Below are positions 23,189-37,559 of a stretch of DNA of 64,000 nucleotides, one piece after another (position 1 is the stretch's first letter; every line of letters begins with the position of its first letter). Position numbers and translations under genes: made by a program. This stretch comes from Camelus dromedarius (Eukaryota): positions 29,264,001-29,328,000 of the forward strand of contig NC_087441.1 in NCBI RefSeq assembly GCF_036321535.1. Reading direction: 5' to 3'. The notes under the pieces were generated by a model that saw nothing but the letters and a program-made list of their open reading frames with translations, searched no databases and was not told where the DNA came from.

Positions 23189-23763
23189 CTGGTTGACAGA
23201 AACAAACAAGAACTCACTTTCTGAAAAGCAGCCAAAAAAGCCCACAATGGCATACGTCTCCCCCAGTGAGTGTCAGGGATGCTATGTAAAGCATTGTTTC
23301 CTTTCAACATGACATCCATTGAATAATTATACTCTTCTTTGTCCTTATTGAAAGTTGTCATAATTATCAACCTAAAATTCAACTGACATGTTTGCTGTAT
23401 CTAACCCATGACTGAAGATACGCATCATTAGTCATTCAGTGTTGCCTCTTTTAACGCTTCAGGTAAGAAATCTGCTTCCGAGCTTTAGTGACAAGGAAAG
23501 TAACTCTCACCTCAGAAAATTACATTTGTTTCCCTTTCGGCTCTAGATGTCCTAAAAGACCCAACATCCAGCCACTGTGATTACTCTGTACTTCTCTCCT
23601 TTTATCTCAGCCCTGCTTTATTCTTCTGTATTCTTTTTACTAATCACATTGACTGTTTTTTATTCAACAGTATTTTTCATCCAATATATGCAAAATTTAT
23701 CATTTCAATATATAATCAGTATAAAATTATTAATGAGATATTTACATTCTTTTTTGTTCTAAT

Positions 23764-23998
23764 TCTTTTTTTTAATTGAAATATAGTCAGTTTACAATGT
23801 GTCAATTTCTGGTGTACAGCATGTTTCAGTCATACATATACATAAATATATTCATTTTCCTATTTTTTTCATTATAGGTTGCTACAAGATATTGAATATA
23901 GTTCCCCATGCCATACAGAAGAAACTTGTTGTTTACCTATTTTATATATAGTAGTTAGTATTTGCAAATCTTGAACTTCCAATTTATCCCTTCCCACA
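23764..23998 (-). mobile_element. Short L1 3'-end fragment (same family as 16010-18142)
   Basis: ttttaattgaaatatagtcagtttacaatgtgtcaatttctggtgtacagc...aatttatcccttcccac, near-identical to 16030-16250. Confidence 0.85.
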
Positions 23999-24439
23999 TC
24001 GACTCTTTAAATTTAGCCAACTTAATTGTTTTGAAAGGGGATGGGAAATTATTGCAATAAAAATAAAACAGCAGAAAGGTAAATGCCTCTGTCACTCTTC
24101 ATTTGTGAAGATCAAAATTAAAACTACAGAAATTTATTTATCTGCTAGTTCTTCTGACTCCAAACCTCATTTACTCCTTCCTACTCTCCTAAAACATCCA
24201 TTTTCTAGCAAATGCTTTTTTTGTCCTTGGGACTCTTAGAGCTTGTCAATCATTATCTCCTTAAGATCTTTAGAACAGACGTTTTTTTTTCTGGAAACTA
24301 CCTACTCAAAGCCCATCAGAAGAAATGTAACTCCTCCTCGTCACTCTCCCACCCACCAGCTCAGCTACACTGGTATTTAAATTCCACCACAAATGTTGGT
24401 CACCTCACTACCTAGTTTAGACTTTTGTATCTCTAAGAA

Positions 24440-26100
24440 TATTTCAAACTTTGTTTCCTTGATGAGTAAGATGTACAAAAAGCTACATAAATCCTAAGTG
24501 TAAAGTTTAGAGCATATTTGGAAAGTGAACACAAGGCATCCACATAACCAACACCCAGATCAAGAAACAGAATGTTGCGGCACACCCAGAACCCCTTCCG
24601 ATCACACCCCACCAGCGAGGGGACCCTTCCCCTGACTTCTAACGCTGTCACTTCTTTCACCCTGTTTCTGAATTGTAGTTGGATGAAAACTTGGTACCTG
24701 GCTTCCTTCTCTCAACAGGGTTTGTGAAATTCATCCACATTGCCACAGGTAGTTGTAACTCAGCTGCTCTTGGCTGATGTTTTTTCATTGTTATGGATAT
24801 GTCACAATTAATTTGGAGCTGATGGACATTTGAGTTGTTTTTAAATTTTGGCTATGACCAACAGTGCTTCTAGGAACATTCCTGTATGTATCTTTTCTTG
24901 AATATATGTAAGCATTTCTGTTGCATATATACTGAAGAGTGGGACTCTGTGGTTACAGCGTTTGTGTACGTTAAGCTTCAGCAAATTCTGCCAGTTTTCC
25001 AGAAGAGTTGTACATTACACACCCACTAGTAGTGTAAGCGTGTTCCAAATGTTCCATATCCTCACCGACAGGTGGAACAGTCTCTTTTTCATTGTAACCA
25101 TATTGGTGGGTGTGTCGTGGTATCACACTGTGGTTACAACTGCATTTGTCTGATGACAGAGTTGACCGTCTTGTCCTGTTCACTGGCCATATGGAGATCC
25201 CCTTTTGTGAAGCACTTATCTATTTTTATGCTCATTTTTCCATCGTGTCATCTTGCTGTTTGTTGTCTTATGGATTTGTAGAAGTTATCTCTATATATAC
25301 TCCGGGTAAGAATCCTTTCCTGAAACTATGTTTTAAAAATATCTCCTCCTACTGTCTTCTTTTTACTCTTTAAATAGGGATTTTTTTTTTTTTAAACCAG
25401 AAGTCCTTAATTGTAGGAAAGTTTAATTTATTAATTTTTTTCTTTAATGGTTACTACTTTGGAAGAAATCTCTCAGTAATCTTTGCTTACCCCAAGGTCC
25501 TGAAGATAGGCTCCTCTGTTCTTCTCTAAACACTTGGTTTTACCTTTCACATTTAGATCTACAATCCGTCTCAAATTTACTTTTGTGCATGTTATGAGGT
25601 AAAGATCAGTATGTTTTCTTTCACATGGATTTTATTGCCCAGCCATAATTTAATGAAAAGACCAACCATCCTTTTTCCCCACTGTACTGCAGTGGCAGCT
25701 TAAACATAAACATAAATCTGTGTTTCTAGATTTTCTATTCTGTTCCACAGGTCTCTTTACATGAACCCCCAGATTTTAATTACTCACGTAAGTGTACTAT
25801 ATCTGTGATCTAGGTCTTCTTCAAGGTTGCCCTGACTATCCTTCTCCCTTTGCATTTCCAATTTTAGGATCAGCTTGTTAAAAAAAAAACGCTAGGATTG
25901 AGCTTGGGATTACAACTGTAAAAACATCAATCTGGTAAGATAACATCTTCACGATACTGAGATACTGAGCCTTCCAATCCAAGAACAAGGCATCTCTCTC
26001 CATTTCTTTGGATCTTCTTTAATATCTCTCTTCAACCTTTGTCATTTTCATGTAGAGGTCTTGCATATCTTTTGTTAAATTTATTTTTATGTATCTGATG
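24440..26100 (-). mobile_element. Old L1 (L1ME/L1MD-type) 3' UTR and distal ORF2
   Basis: Antisense L1 text (ttgtgaaattcatccacattg; gctgatggacatttgagttgtt; ccttccaatccaagaacaaggcatctctctccattt). Confidence 0.75.
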
Positions 26101-27479
26101 CTTTCTGCCACCCATAAGTAGTACAGTTAAAAAAATTATTTCCTACTGTTCTATTGTAGTTCTTTAATAAGTTTTCTCTTAAACTAGCCTAATCTAAATT
26201 TGAATTGCTCTTAACATTAGAGAAGTCACTACGTTGAATTAAAAAAAAAAAGTCTGTCTTACTGGAGCTAGCACCCACTGGTCCTGGTGCTGCCTGAGTG
26301 ACCTCATATAGAGAAATGTATCTGTTCCCCATAAAAATTTTCAATTCTTCAAAAAATTTTTTAAAAAGCCCTCATGGTCCTCTTTCCACACTTCACGCAA
26401 CGAATCTCTTTATAATTGGTTTTAAACTGCCCAGAGTTCAAGATATTTTTGTTTAGCATAAAGATATTTTTGTTTAGCAAAAATTAATCTCAAATAGTCC
26501 CAAGAGTTTATCAATTATTTGAAATACAGTATTTGTAAATCTTTCAGAAGATAGGCTTATATGAAATGGGAAGATTTCTGGTCCCACAACAGCAAAGCAA
26601 CAGTACAACAATAGTCTACTTTACAACTTGTATTCCGACTGGTTGCCACATAGTAAGTATCAGTCTATTCCAAAGCCGTAGACTTTGTTGACACTTGGCA
26701 CTGTTTACTTCTTCATTATAGCTCCATTCTGTTTATTCTGTTCTTGCAAAAATTGTATTATTCACAGTTCAGTTCTAATGCTCCTACATAATTATTCCTT
26801 AGAAAAATAACAGCCATTCTAAAGGAATGACTAAAACCCCTAAAGGTCCTATATTTCTGGTAGCGTTTGCATGTCTTTGAAGCTGATATTATAAACAGGC
26901 CTAGACACACATACCACCACATTCCTTCCTAATGCCAACTTTGCATCCTTTACAGTAAGCTCCCTCTTCTCTTGCTGACTCTTTCGTGCTGACTGATGTC
27001 CTGATGGCCAGTGCTATTTTCTCATGAATGGGGCAGCTGTAGCGTCTGCCAACCACAGAACATGCCACCTCTCCTCAGAAACACAACAGTGTGTTAGGTA
27101 TGATCCCAACCCAGAAAGGACACAGAAGGCAACCTCCTCTGAGTGGATACGTATTTGATCCCTTGAGTTGCATAGAAACGTGACTCCAGGTTTTTGTCTT
27201 AACGTGTGCTATAGACTAAAATAAACGCACGTAGACATCAACTCAAGTAACTGGCTCAGTGAGAAGAGTAGGAGCAGGTTTGCACATGCACAATGGGCTT
27301 CAGACAAGGTCTTGTATTCAGGAAAGTATTTCAGCCATCATCGTTCTACTAGGGTCAGATTTCTCACCACCCTCCTCTCAAATGATTTACTTGCATGAAA
27401 AATTACACTTTAAGGAATCCTCTGTATTTTTTGAAGTTTCCCGAAATGGAGATTTACCAAAGGAATATGGTCAAACTTC

Positions 27480-27770
27480 TCACTGCTCCCTCCCCCTGAC
27501 CCTCTTTCCTACTGGGAAGAACACTAATTGAGTGGCCAGCCCTCCAGAACTACCCCAACCAAGATAAGGCCTTGGGAGCAAACAGTCTGCAGGGCAGAGC
27601 AACAAGAGAGATGGAACCTGATTTCCCGATGCTGCTGAGTACCATTAAATCCCAGAGCACCTACCTTTGAACTTCCTCGATGTCAGAGAGAAATAAACTG
27701 GGTTTACCTTACATAAGCCACCCGTAAGCATTTTATGTCACACACGCACACCTAGTCCCAACTGCTACTA
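27480..27770 (+). mobile_element. Decayed MaLR LTR (MLT1-type)
   Basis: gaacttcctcgatgtcagagagaaataaact...taagccac resembles an MLT1 3' end. Confidence 0.45.
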
Positions 27771-29289
27771 AGGTTTACTGCAACAGCATTTGTAACAGTG
27801 AGAGGAGGGAAACAACTCGCCTAGACGCCCAACACAGACTGGTTCATCAGATGACGCTGTGTCCATCCACAGAGGGAGTATTTAATATTACCTTGTAATT
27901 AGTATAAATATTTGTGTGAAAATGGCTGTAATATTATGTAGTTAAAAAACTGAGGGTTACAAAGTAGTTAGTATAATATTTTAGATATAAAATATCCACT
28001 CCCCCCTAAAGATACCAAAATTCAGAAAATGTGGTAGAAAATACATTTATAGAAAAATCTTGATTTTCTTCTTTTTAGTTCCCTGTATTGGCTAATTATT
28101 CTATAATAAATGCTATTTTGACAATGAATTATGTAAAACCAGAAGGTGATCTTGAATAAGCTACTTACTGTTACTCAAAAATAATAACAAAAAACGGAAG
28201 CCTCACTTTGGTGACTTGGAAAAGTAATTTAATGCATTTTTGGAAATACATTATTAAAGCATCAATTGCTGGACTGCCTTAATATCAAAGGCAAGAAAAT
28301 ATTAGATGTGAGTAGCATTAAAGAAATGACTTTGTGGATCTTTGTATGGTTTTTACTGCTACTTCACCTGTAGACAATTATCAAACAAAGAACACTTTTT
28401 ATGTTGATACTTAATGAATGGATAGTGAAAGGCCTGCCTCTACAATCTACAATCAGTATTTATTATATGGAAATCATTCAGCAATTATTTATTCAGCACT
28501 TACAATGCATTAGTAACTGTAGAAGGCTACACTGATACCGCATAGCTGTCTTAAAATGAAGTTTAATAGGTAATAATGTAGTTGTCCATCTGCAAATACA
28601 AATGTCTCTCAATTCTGGTTGAGAACAGAGGTATTAAAATTCTTGATCTGGTTTAGGGTAGCAAAAAGTGAGGCAGAAGATCAACCATCAAAAGAAGACA
28701 CATCTGATAAAGGTGATCCTGAAGAAATATATCCTCCAACGTTTCATGTAGAATCAAGACAATAAGTCAGATCAGGGAACACCATCTAAACCAAACATGG
28801 AATCTCCTAGTGGAAAGAGACATCACATCCTCACTACCATGGAGCAGGGAAGCTGCCTCCCACAGGACTGTTCCCATTCAGACCAGCAGAACCACTGCGT
28901 GGTAGGCTGAGCAGGATGAGGAAATCCCAGAGAAAAGGAGACATACTCATCATGCACCCAGCTACTTGCAGGCCTGGATTCCATTCTACTTCCTATTTCC
29001 AAGTCTGAAAGACGCTAAATCACAAGCCACTGCATGAATTACCACAGACCACTTGTCCTCACCCATTCCTATCCCTTTAAGCCAGTGACAGGAATGAGAT
29101 CAGAATCTCCAACTGACTAGTTTCATTTTAGTTTCAAAACAATACTAGGAGGTAGCTCTCCTTAAGATAAGGAAAACACACTGTGAGATAGGGGCAAAGC
29201 CCAAAGCCATATTGTGAGGCAGGGGATGTAGTAAAAGTGACTCTGGATCTTTTGTCTCCTAATACAAAGTCATGGTCATGGTCAAGAGG

Positions 29290-29445
29290 GTGAGTTTAAT
29301 AAGAGTCTGATAAACCTGGATTCAAATTCCTGATCTGCCACTGACTAGCTCTAAATTTGACCTAAATCAAAGTTAACAGGATCACTGCAAAGATTATATG
29401 ATATTTAAAAAATGCTTACCCTAGTGTCTAACATATAGTAAAGAT
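29290..29445 (+). mobile_element. MIR
   Basis: cctggattcaaattcctgatctgccactgactagct...gattatatgatatttaaaaaatgctta. Confidence 0.6.
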
Positions 29446-30599
29446 TCAGCAAATGGGAGAAATGATTCCATCTTAAAAGAAAGGTATGCTACTGCGAGTG
29501 TATTGGATATAAAAAGGCAAAAATGAAAAGGAGTCAATGATCCTTTCAGGCTAATATTCCATGAGTCCATAAAACATGCTCTTAATGTGAAAGGAAAAAA
29601 AATAAAGCCAGAAGAAATGGGATACATCTGCCAACCAATTTTTTTTTAATGGATTTACTAACTGATGACTAAATATAAAAGGATGAACAATTAACAGTGA
29701 TTGGGTAAAATAAATGGATCACAGCATCAAGGAATGTGGATAAAATTAGCTCCAAGATACTAAACTCAGGCATGAAAAATATTTGAGGATCATTTCAAGG
29801 TTAACAACCAAAATAAAAACCAACTGCTATGGAAGCAAAAAGCAAGCCTGAGTTTTTCAAGTGAGAATCTAGCACCTTACAAAATGGAATTCAACTCTTT
29901 CTGCTTATCAGCACCCATGAGAGAGCAGGTTTACAGGAGGGCAAACAAAATCACACCTTTCCTAGGAACATAAGAGTTCAAATTTGAAGGCCAATTTATA
30001 GACTCCTTTGTTAAAGGGCCTTCCTACAATGGAGAAAATGAGATATACTTTATCTTTCAGGTAAGGGAGATAAAAGCCAATTAAAAAAAAAGAAAGAAAA
30101 AAGAAAAAGGAGAAGAGAAAAGTGATGAATTGTATTCAGTAAGGTCCCCAAAGGTCAAATTCAGTAGCATGATGGGAATCATTAAAAAATTTAAAAAGCT
30201 CATAATTATACATATTACATGGAATTAAACTGAATTAACTGAAGAAACAAGGTGGGAGGATATTTTTTTAGGGGGAATTGTTTTAAATATCAATTTGCTC
30301 TAAGACCCCAGACAAAAGAGTTTGGGCTTTCTGAGTCCAATCCTATTGGCTTTAAGGAAATACAGGGGGGCCTCTTTTCAGTCTCTTCTATACTCAATAG
30401 TGCACCATCTGCAAGAGAGAGTCTCCTCCCCTTCCCCCAGGCCACCCTCCAGCCAGGTCAGATTCGGGAAGCGCTGCTTCCACCACTGGAAGAGCGGAGC
30501 TCTGAGTCAACACTGCTGAGCACCGACTAGTGTCAGCGTGACCACCCGACCCTCAGGCTCACGTGTGAGAGCAGAATTCTACCAGCATCTTCACAAAAG

Positions 30600-31340
30600 A
30601 CCTGAGGAAACTCTCTGGACTCAAAAACAATAAAATAGAAAACAATCACCATGGGGTCCTCTGATAAGAGTTCTACAAAACATTGGAAGAGGAGCACAGA
30701 TTTATTGACAGAAGAGTTTCATGATTTCAGTAAAGGCACAAGGGGCCAGGACCTCTAGAAAACAAAAATAGGCCATGAAAAGAGAAAAACAAGCCAGTGC
30801 AGGAAATTAAAGGAAAATAAATACCACTACTAAAATTAAAACTCCTGTTAAAGGCAGTAAATAGTAGGCCTGGCAGTAAGAACCTAAGATATTTGAACTG
30901 GAGAAATATGTCTAGAGTATAGAAAATATATATGTTATTAAAATATTAAAATGCTTCCAGATTGACTGACCCTCAGCAGTCAGGCTCTTGCAGGACTTCC
31001 CTAAGACGCAGCAACGAACAGTAACTCTTGGTACAGCAGGGGGCTCCCAAAGCTCTGCTCCAGCACTGAGACCGGTGTTTGTTCTAACCGTCCTGGGCAA
31101 TGCTGGCTGCCAAACCAATTGCTAACTATTCTAGATATTATCCCTTGGACCTAATCCAAGAATAATAGGTATTAACAGTCAAAAAAGAGAAGGGAGCAAA
31201 AGTAACAATGAAAATGATAACTGAAGGAAGTTTTTTAGATTTAAATAAAAACTGATCTAAAAATAAAAGAAAAAATGAGGCAAGCTCACGACATCTCAGG
31301 CAACATAATGAGCGAAGACTGAACTTGGGAGCCAGGTTCA
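30600..31340 (+). mobile_element. Old L1/HAL1 ORF1 fragment, interrupted by an unrelated block (~30945-31125)
   Basis: A-rich sequence resembling ORF1 (taaatagtagg...gaactggag; aataataggtatt...gataactgaaggaagttttt). Confidence 0.5.
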
Positions 31341-31487
31341 CTGTTTAAAACCAAAAGATTGGATTGACTGGGGCTGGCCTAATCGCACGTATGTGAAAGG
31401 AAGTTTTGGTTTACTTTTTAGTTTTTTCAGTTTTGTTTTATTTTTCTTAAAGGAAAATCAGAGACCAAATGACTAGCCAGATCTGAG

Positions 31488-31897
31488 TGTGGGTGTGCCG
31501 CTCAAATCGCCCTTCAGAACTGAGAGGTCCATTCTCCCACCAGCTGACTGCTGGTGGCTCAGAGCTGCCTCCCTCTCCAGGAACTGCCCTTGACCCAAGG
31601 AGCTTCCTTGCCTAACTAAGCACGTGGGCCCCTCTCAGCCAACGTCCAAGGCCTGGTCAATGCAGAGGTACGAGGCTCGGTTCTCATGACTGAATTCAGG
31701 ATAACCCTGAGGGGTCACGGGAGCTCCTTGTGGAATCGATTGAGGCCTCGGGTGTAACGATCACAGTTCAGCTTCTCATTCTGCTCAGTGTCACTTCTCT
31801 CACTCTCTCACTGGTGTTGCTCCCAAGGGTTCCCACCAACGAACCTCCTGCACACAACACTCCCAATGTCTGTTTCCAGAGAGCCCAAACTGAGACA
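31488..31897 (+). mobile_element. ERVL solo LTR (LTR16-like)
   Basis: TG...CA termini; ggagctccttgtggaatcgattgaggcctcg...cacagttcagcttctc...gtctgtttccagagagcccaaactgagaca. Confidence 0.75.
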
Positions 31898-32219
31898 CTA
31901 GATCATGACTATTGGGACCTGAGAGACAAGAGGACAGAAAGAACTAAACACATCCACCCGCGGACTAGAATCTGAAATGTCCCCATTATGACCCAGATAT
32001 AGGAGCCCTCAGGCCCCGTAACATCTCATTTCGGACTAAAGGTCCACAGGGTCCAGGGAAAGACAACCAACAAACCATTAAATGGTTAAGTCAGGAAGTG
32101 AAATCCTAATCTTTTCCATACAAGATAAATGTGGAATTTTTTTTTAAATACAGGACATCTAAAGCTGAGAAAGCAGTTAAATGAAAGCTGACAGTCATAA
32201 GATGATTTCACTACAGATA

Positions 32220-32810
32220 AAAGTAATTTTATAAAAGTTTTCTACAAAATGTTTCAAAAATTTGAAAATGAAGGAAATTTATCAAACTCATTTGAGGAGG
32301 CTAAAACTGGATGAGATAGTAACAGGCGAATCTCACTTCATAACATATGGGCCAAGATTCTCAAGCAGCTTGTTTTATGAGGCTCCTTTTCACCTAATGA
32401 AAAATAAGTCCGTAAGTAAAATGTACATATTGAACTATAGGTTTTGTGGGTGAGAAAAATAATTAAGAGTTATATATGAACCCTAGCAATGTTTCTTTGG
32501 AAAGAATAGTAAGAAAAACTCAGGCAATTCAAATCAAGAAAAATAGGACAAAATATAAAGTTTGAGAAGACATAAATAAAAGAGAAGACCAGGCATATCA
32601 TATGTTAATAAATCTGAAATTCTCCACTGAACAGACTATTTTCAGAAAAAAAATTATCAAAATCAGCTCAGCAAATCAAATGAAAAGTGAAATACACTGA
32701 GTTAGGAAGAAATTGAAAAGGTTATCAAATTATTATTCCCTCAAAAAATACTGAGCCCAGAAGATTTTATTATGAATGTCTAAACATCCAATGATCAGGT
32801 AATTCCAAGC
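32220..32810 (+). mobile_element. Very old L1 ORF2 fragments
   Basis: gaaggaaatttatcaaactcatttgagg; gaagaaattgaaaaggttatcaaa...ctgagcccagaagatttt. Confidence 0.5.
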
Positions 32811-32831
32811 AATAGACACTTATTTCACCCT

Positions 32832-32863
32832 ACCACCACCACCACCACCACCACCACTACTAC
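32832..32863. repeat. (ACC)n(ACT)n compound microsatellite
   Basis: accaccaccaccaccaccaccaccactactact. Confidence 0.9.
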
Positions 32864-32869
32864 TAGCAG

Positions 32870-33355
32870 CTAGTGCCTTGGCCATTGATGCATTTATTCC
32901 TCACAATAATCCAATCACACGGGTACTGTTATGACACTGAGGCACAGAGAGGTTAACTATTTTTCCCAAAGCCACACAGCTAGTCCTGCTGGAGCTGAGA
33001 ATGCAGGCCATGCTCCTAACCACCACTCACAAAGAAAGGCTCAAGCCTTTGTCTAAGAACCCATTATACCCTGATGACAAAAGCTTTGTAAATTAAATGT
33101 TTTTCTTCCTTTCTAAATGACCAGAAACATTTTAAATAATCAAATACTTGCATGGCACTTATTATGTGCCAGGCAGTGTTCTAAGCAGGTTACAAATATT
33201 ACTGTACTCAATCCCCATAACCACTGTGGGAGGCAGTTACCATCATCAACCTTCTGGACAGATAAAGAAACAGAAGCACTGAGAGGTATTCAATGAAACG
33301 TCTAAGATCACACAGCTAGCAGGAGGCAGAGCAAGGATTTAAATCCTGGTCATCT
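32870..33355 (-). mobile_element. Two MIR fragments (~32870-33030, ~33140-33355)
   Basis: actgaggcacagagaggttaac...ccacacagctagt; cacttattatgtgccaggcagtgttctaagc...gatcacacagctag. Confidence 0.75.
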
Positions 33356-34190
33356 ATAAGGTTTGTATACAGTGCCAGATTAAACACCAAAAAACATGCT
33401 AAGGACAGCAGAGACTATAACTTTTAAATTAATCATAAATTACTGCTTATGGAAATCAGATATGGAAATCAAAGCATCACTTAAGGAACAGGTCATTATA
33501 AGCAAACAGTCCTTAGGTGCCATTCTACAATCTCACAAATAATCTAAACCAAAAAAAAGCACATGAAAAGCAAAGTCCATATGGCCAATCATTAAAATCA
33601 TAATCAGGCCAATATTTTTGTATAAAAAATAATAATTACAGAACTATATGTAAATCGTAAGTACAATCTATACTATGACTAACAGTCATCACGGCTTCAT
33701 TGCCTGGTTAAACCACTGTAACGTCTACTCAGCAAAGATGTAAGACACATCACTTTCTCCAACACAACCTAAAACATTTGTGCAAGTGATTTCCTTTTCA
33801 TTTTGTGGTATCAGAGTAAGACCATATTAGTTCATTGTGGATTTCAGCACAGTCTGAGATGAGTCTGAAACGTAGGAAGCACATGACATCAACAACCCCA
33901 AGGAGAATGTGCAACCAGGATCAAAAACAAAGCCTTCCTTAACCTTCATATACAATATTGTGCAGACTGTGAGAGAGACTGCAAATACGGGTCACAGATG
34001 AATCCATATAATTATGAACTGTACACCAAATTTATCTGGAACAATAAACTTTTACTGCCTGCGATAACAGAACCAACCAACCAAATGACATTTATCTTTA
34101 ATATAAAAGTGACTGTTACATTCCAGTTAAATTTTGATTCTTGAGTATTCACAGTAATACCCATCAATAATATGAGATTATTATGGGTAC

Positions 34191-34270
34191 CTCTGGGTTC
34201 ATGTGACGTCCTCATTTCACTCTCTGTTCTCTCTTCAAAGTCTTCTTTGACATCGTCAGCATGCTGGTCT
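34191..34270 (-). CDS. L3MBTL3: L3MBTL3 exon (80 nt, phase 2/1): (R)DQHADDVKEDFEERTESEMRTSHEPR(G)
   Basis: ctttttttccag|A acceptor, AGAG|gtaccc donor. Confidence 0.95.
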
Positions 34271-37200
34271 CTGGAAAAAAAGAGGTGTTTTAATATTTTA
34301 TAATAGAAATGTTTTTTTAAAAAAATGGTTCAATACTACATTTCAGCAAATGTTTTTCTTAATTTAAAAACAAATGATACCACTGAAAAGTCAGACAGGA
34401 TTTTCAGTTTTACTAAGAAGCAATTAATATTAATAACACCTATAACGGTTCATTGTCCTCATTATCAATTTCCATTACTGTTCAGAAAGGAGATTTTAAA
34501 GAGAGGAATGGTATACAAGTTAACTATTCTGGAAAATGTGGCTATGGAATAATTCCACTTTAAGTTGGGATATGTATTCATGAGGAATTTTTACTCGAAC
34601 TGTTTGGGAAGACTACAGTCTAAAAAAAGAAAGTGAAAATCTATACCAGTCAATCAAGTCACTAAATACTACCCAGCTCCAGGATTTGGGATTGAGGCTG
34701 AGTCTGGTGCAGGAGAATCAGACTCAATTCTAGGAAGCTTTTCCTGGCTTAATCAGATCAAATTCAGAGGCTGAACTAATTCCACCTCTTTCTGACCAGG
34801 AATGACCATGCTAATCCAACCGCGCCAAAGGTGCTCTAAAATGGAACGGACCGTTACAATCTGAAGTCAGAGCTTTACCCCGAAGTCAGGGACAAAAAGG
34901 GATTTGAAAGAGACCAGGACAGGCTTACTTATAATTCCTTTAAAACTAAATTCTAGGGATTTAAATTTTTAAACCTAATCGATTTCATTCTCAGAGTTGG
35001 AAATAAATCCGCTTTTGCAATTTATTTCTCGGGACTATCTCGGGTGTGATAACTGGCCTACACATGCATTTATGATGCTCTGTTATTTCATCTGTGATCA
35101 TACCTTTACAAATACACCCTGAGTTTCTTGAAGACCCAGACCATACTTCCCCTGTTCAGGGTTAAAAGGGGCGAATACATTCGAAACCAAACATCGTAAC
35201 AAAATATTAAACATTTTTATAATCTTAATTACAAAGGCACTAATATATTCTCCATTTGGAACAGTAATTTAACACTATGATGCCAACATAGTTAGCATGT
35301 GATAAATAAATGTTCACTACTCCTTAGAAAGATCATTTCTAGGGACACATGAAATTTCATTGGAATCTGAGCTCCCTGGCTTAGTTCAGACTAAAAACAA
35401 CTTTTCAGAACTGCTGAAGGATACTTGCTTATTTGAGAATGGGGAAGATTCACTATCATTATGTAATAAAAGTATTTTTTCCCAAGAGAACTCAATTAAA
35501 TGACTATGGAGGCTCTTACTACATAGAAAGAGTGGAGATCCAGGTATAGTGAAAGCAAACATAAATCACTGATTGGAGAAAGGACATTAGTTGAAGTTAT
35601 AATAGAAAACTTTGTCCTCTCCGTAAAAACAGTGTTGAAGTTAGCCTTGGTAATTATATGTTCAAATGAGATTATGCTAAAATTAGCTCATGTGATCTTT
35701 TGAACTTTGTTTCATATTAAATTGGAAATAATTATCTTTGAGTTCACAAGCCCATCCCAGTAAGTACTGTGGCCACTGAGAAGAGTTTTTTGTGGATGGC
35801 TACATCAATATTAGAAACAACCACACATCACAGTGGTATCACAGTAATACCAGGCATTTCTCTGAGTCGAAGAAAATAAATTTCCAATTAATTAGTGCAG
35901 AATTCCTAAAAGCTTTAATGAATGGTTAAACAAAAACAAACAAAAACCAAACAATAGACCAAGGTCTTAGAATTTTCCCTAGTTTTCACTTTTCATGATT
36001 AAAACTGTCCACTGATAATTAAGAGTTACATTTTTGTCCTTTTAATAAAGCCTACTGTACATTTCTTTAGAGTAAACTTTATTAAAATAACACTGTAAGA
36101 CCAAAGTATAAGGAAAGTTCTTTTGTATTCTTATGCCCAAATACAGTGCAAATGACTTATTTTATGAAATGTAAAAAAAAGGACCATTTTCTAGGAAGGA
36201 ACAGAGATAGAAAAGGAAAATAAGGCCCTTAACACAGAAAGTTTCTTTGTGCCTCAATCTGCCATAATCCATCCCAAGAGAAGCAAAATAGAAGCTATCT
36301 GCTCTTATATCTATGTTGCTTCATTATAGAAGCATGTTCACTTCTCACTTTCCTTACTTTAACTCATGATATTTAATAAAATTTAACCCATATATACTTG
36401 GGAATATATACCCAGACATTTACCCTCACCAAATACAATTCCAATACAGGACTCCACAAGAAGTGTTTCTTGAACGTTTTATTTCCAATTAATGTTTTGA
36501 TTCTGCTAACTCCTTAAAACTGCAAGTTTTCTAAGAAGCCCCTTTGGGTTCTATGTGATGTTTCCTTCAGTGAGAGGGCTGGAGGGGTGGTCTGAGGGTG
36601 GGGTCAATCTAAGTAGTCTATTAAAACAGGCATTATAAATAGGTAGACAAGTAGACTGAAGGAAACAGAATCCTGATCATGCACATCCAGAAATGTGGAA
36701 GCAGTATTAGTAAGAAGTAATAAGAAGAAAAGTTAACATACTTAACATACTATGCAGCAAAGTTTGGCTGAGCTCTTTACAAGTCCAATATTTCATAACA
36801 ATCACTGGAAGAAGGTTCTGTTGTTACATCCACCGAAACTTAAAAGAGGTTAATCCTGAATTTTCAGGGCATGTATAGCACCAGGTCTTATTGACACCAG
36901 AATTCATAATTAGATGCAATTATTATTTGTTTTTCACCCTTGTGTTTTTCCAGAATAGTACATATCCTTGTTATATGGCATTAAAGGGAACTTGCCTTCT
37001 TGCACCATAATCTTATTTTCAAGCTTTTATTAATAAGGACAGGAAGGAAGAATCTGACTCATTAATATTCTTACCTGTTTTACATTTTATTTAAAATAAA
37101 AATTGCTTTCTCATTGAGCAACGCATATTTCTCTTGCCTACACAGTTAGGAATTTCACTGCTAACTCTGAATAGGTACTGTGATGAATTTCTTTCTCTAT

Positions 37201-37559
37201 GCAAAAATGAAATGCTTTATCTAAGATTTCAACATCCCAAGCAAAAAGTTATTCTTGCTGCACAGCCTTCCAATTACGAACAAAGTCTGTTTATATCAGA
37301 ACGTCAGAACTCTGTGGTAATACTATATAATACACTCTTGAGCATACTTCAAGATACGTTCCTTGACAGGTTTTTTTTTAAAATGACAACCCAAAATATT
37401 TTTATGTTGTATTTTAGTATTACAATTTTGCTCTACTTAAAAACGCCTTCATCTTCCCCTCTTGATCAACATTTTTCATTGCCAACAATTTCATTCAGGG
37501 AGTACAAGGTGATTAGGCATAAGGGAGCAAATTCAAACATGGAGAAAGCAGCCCAGCAG

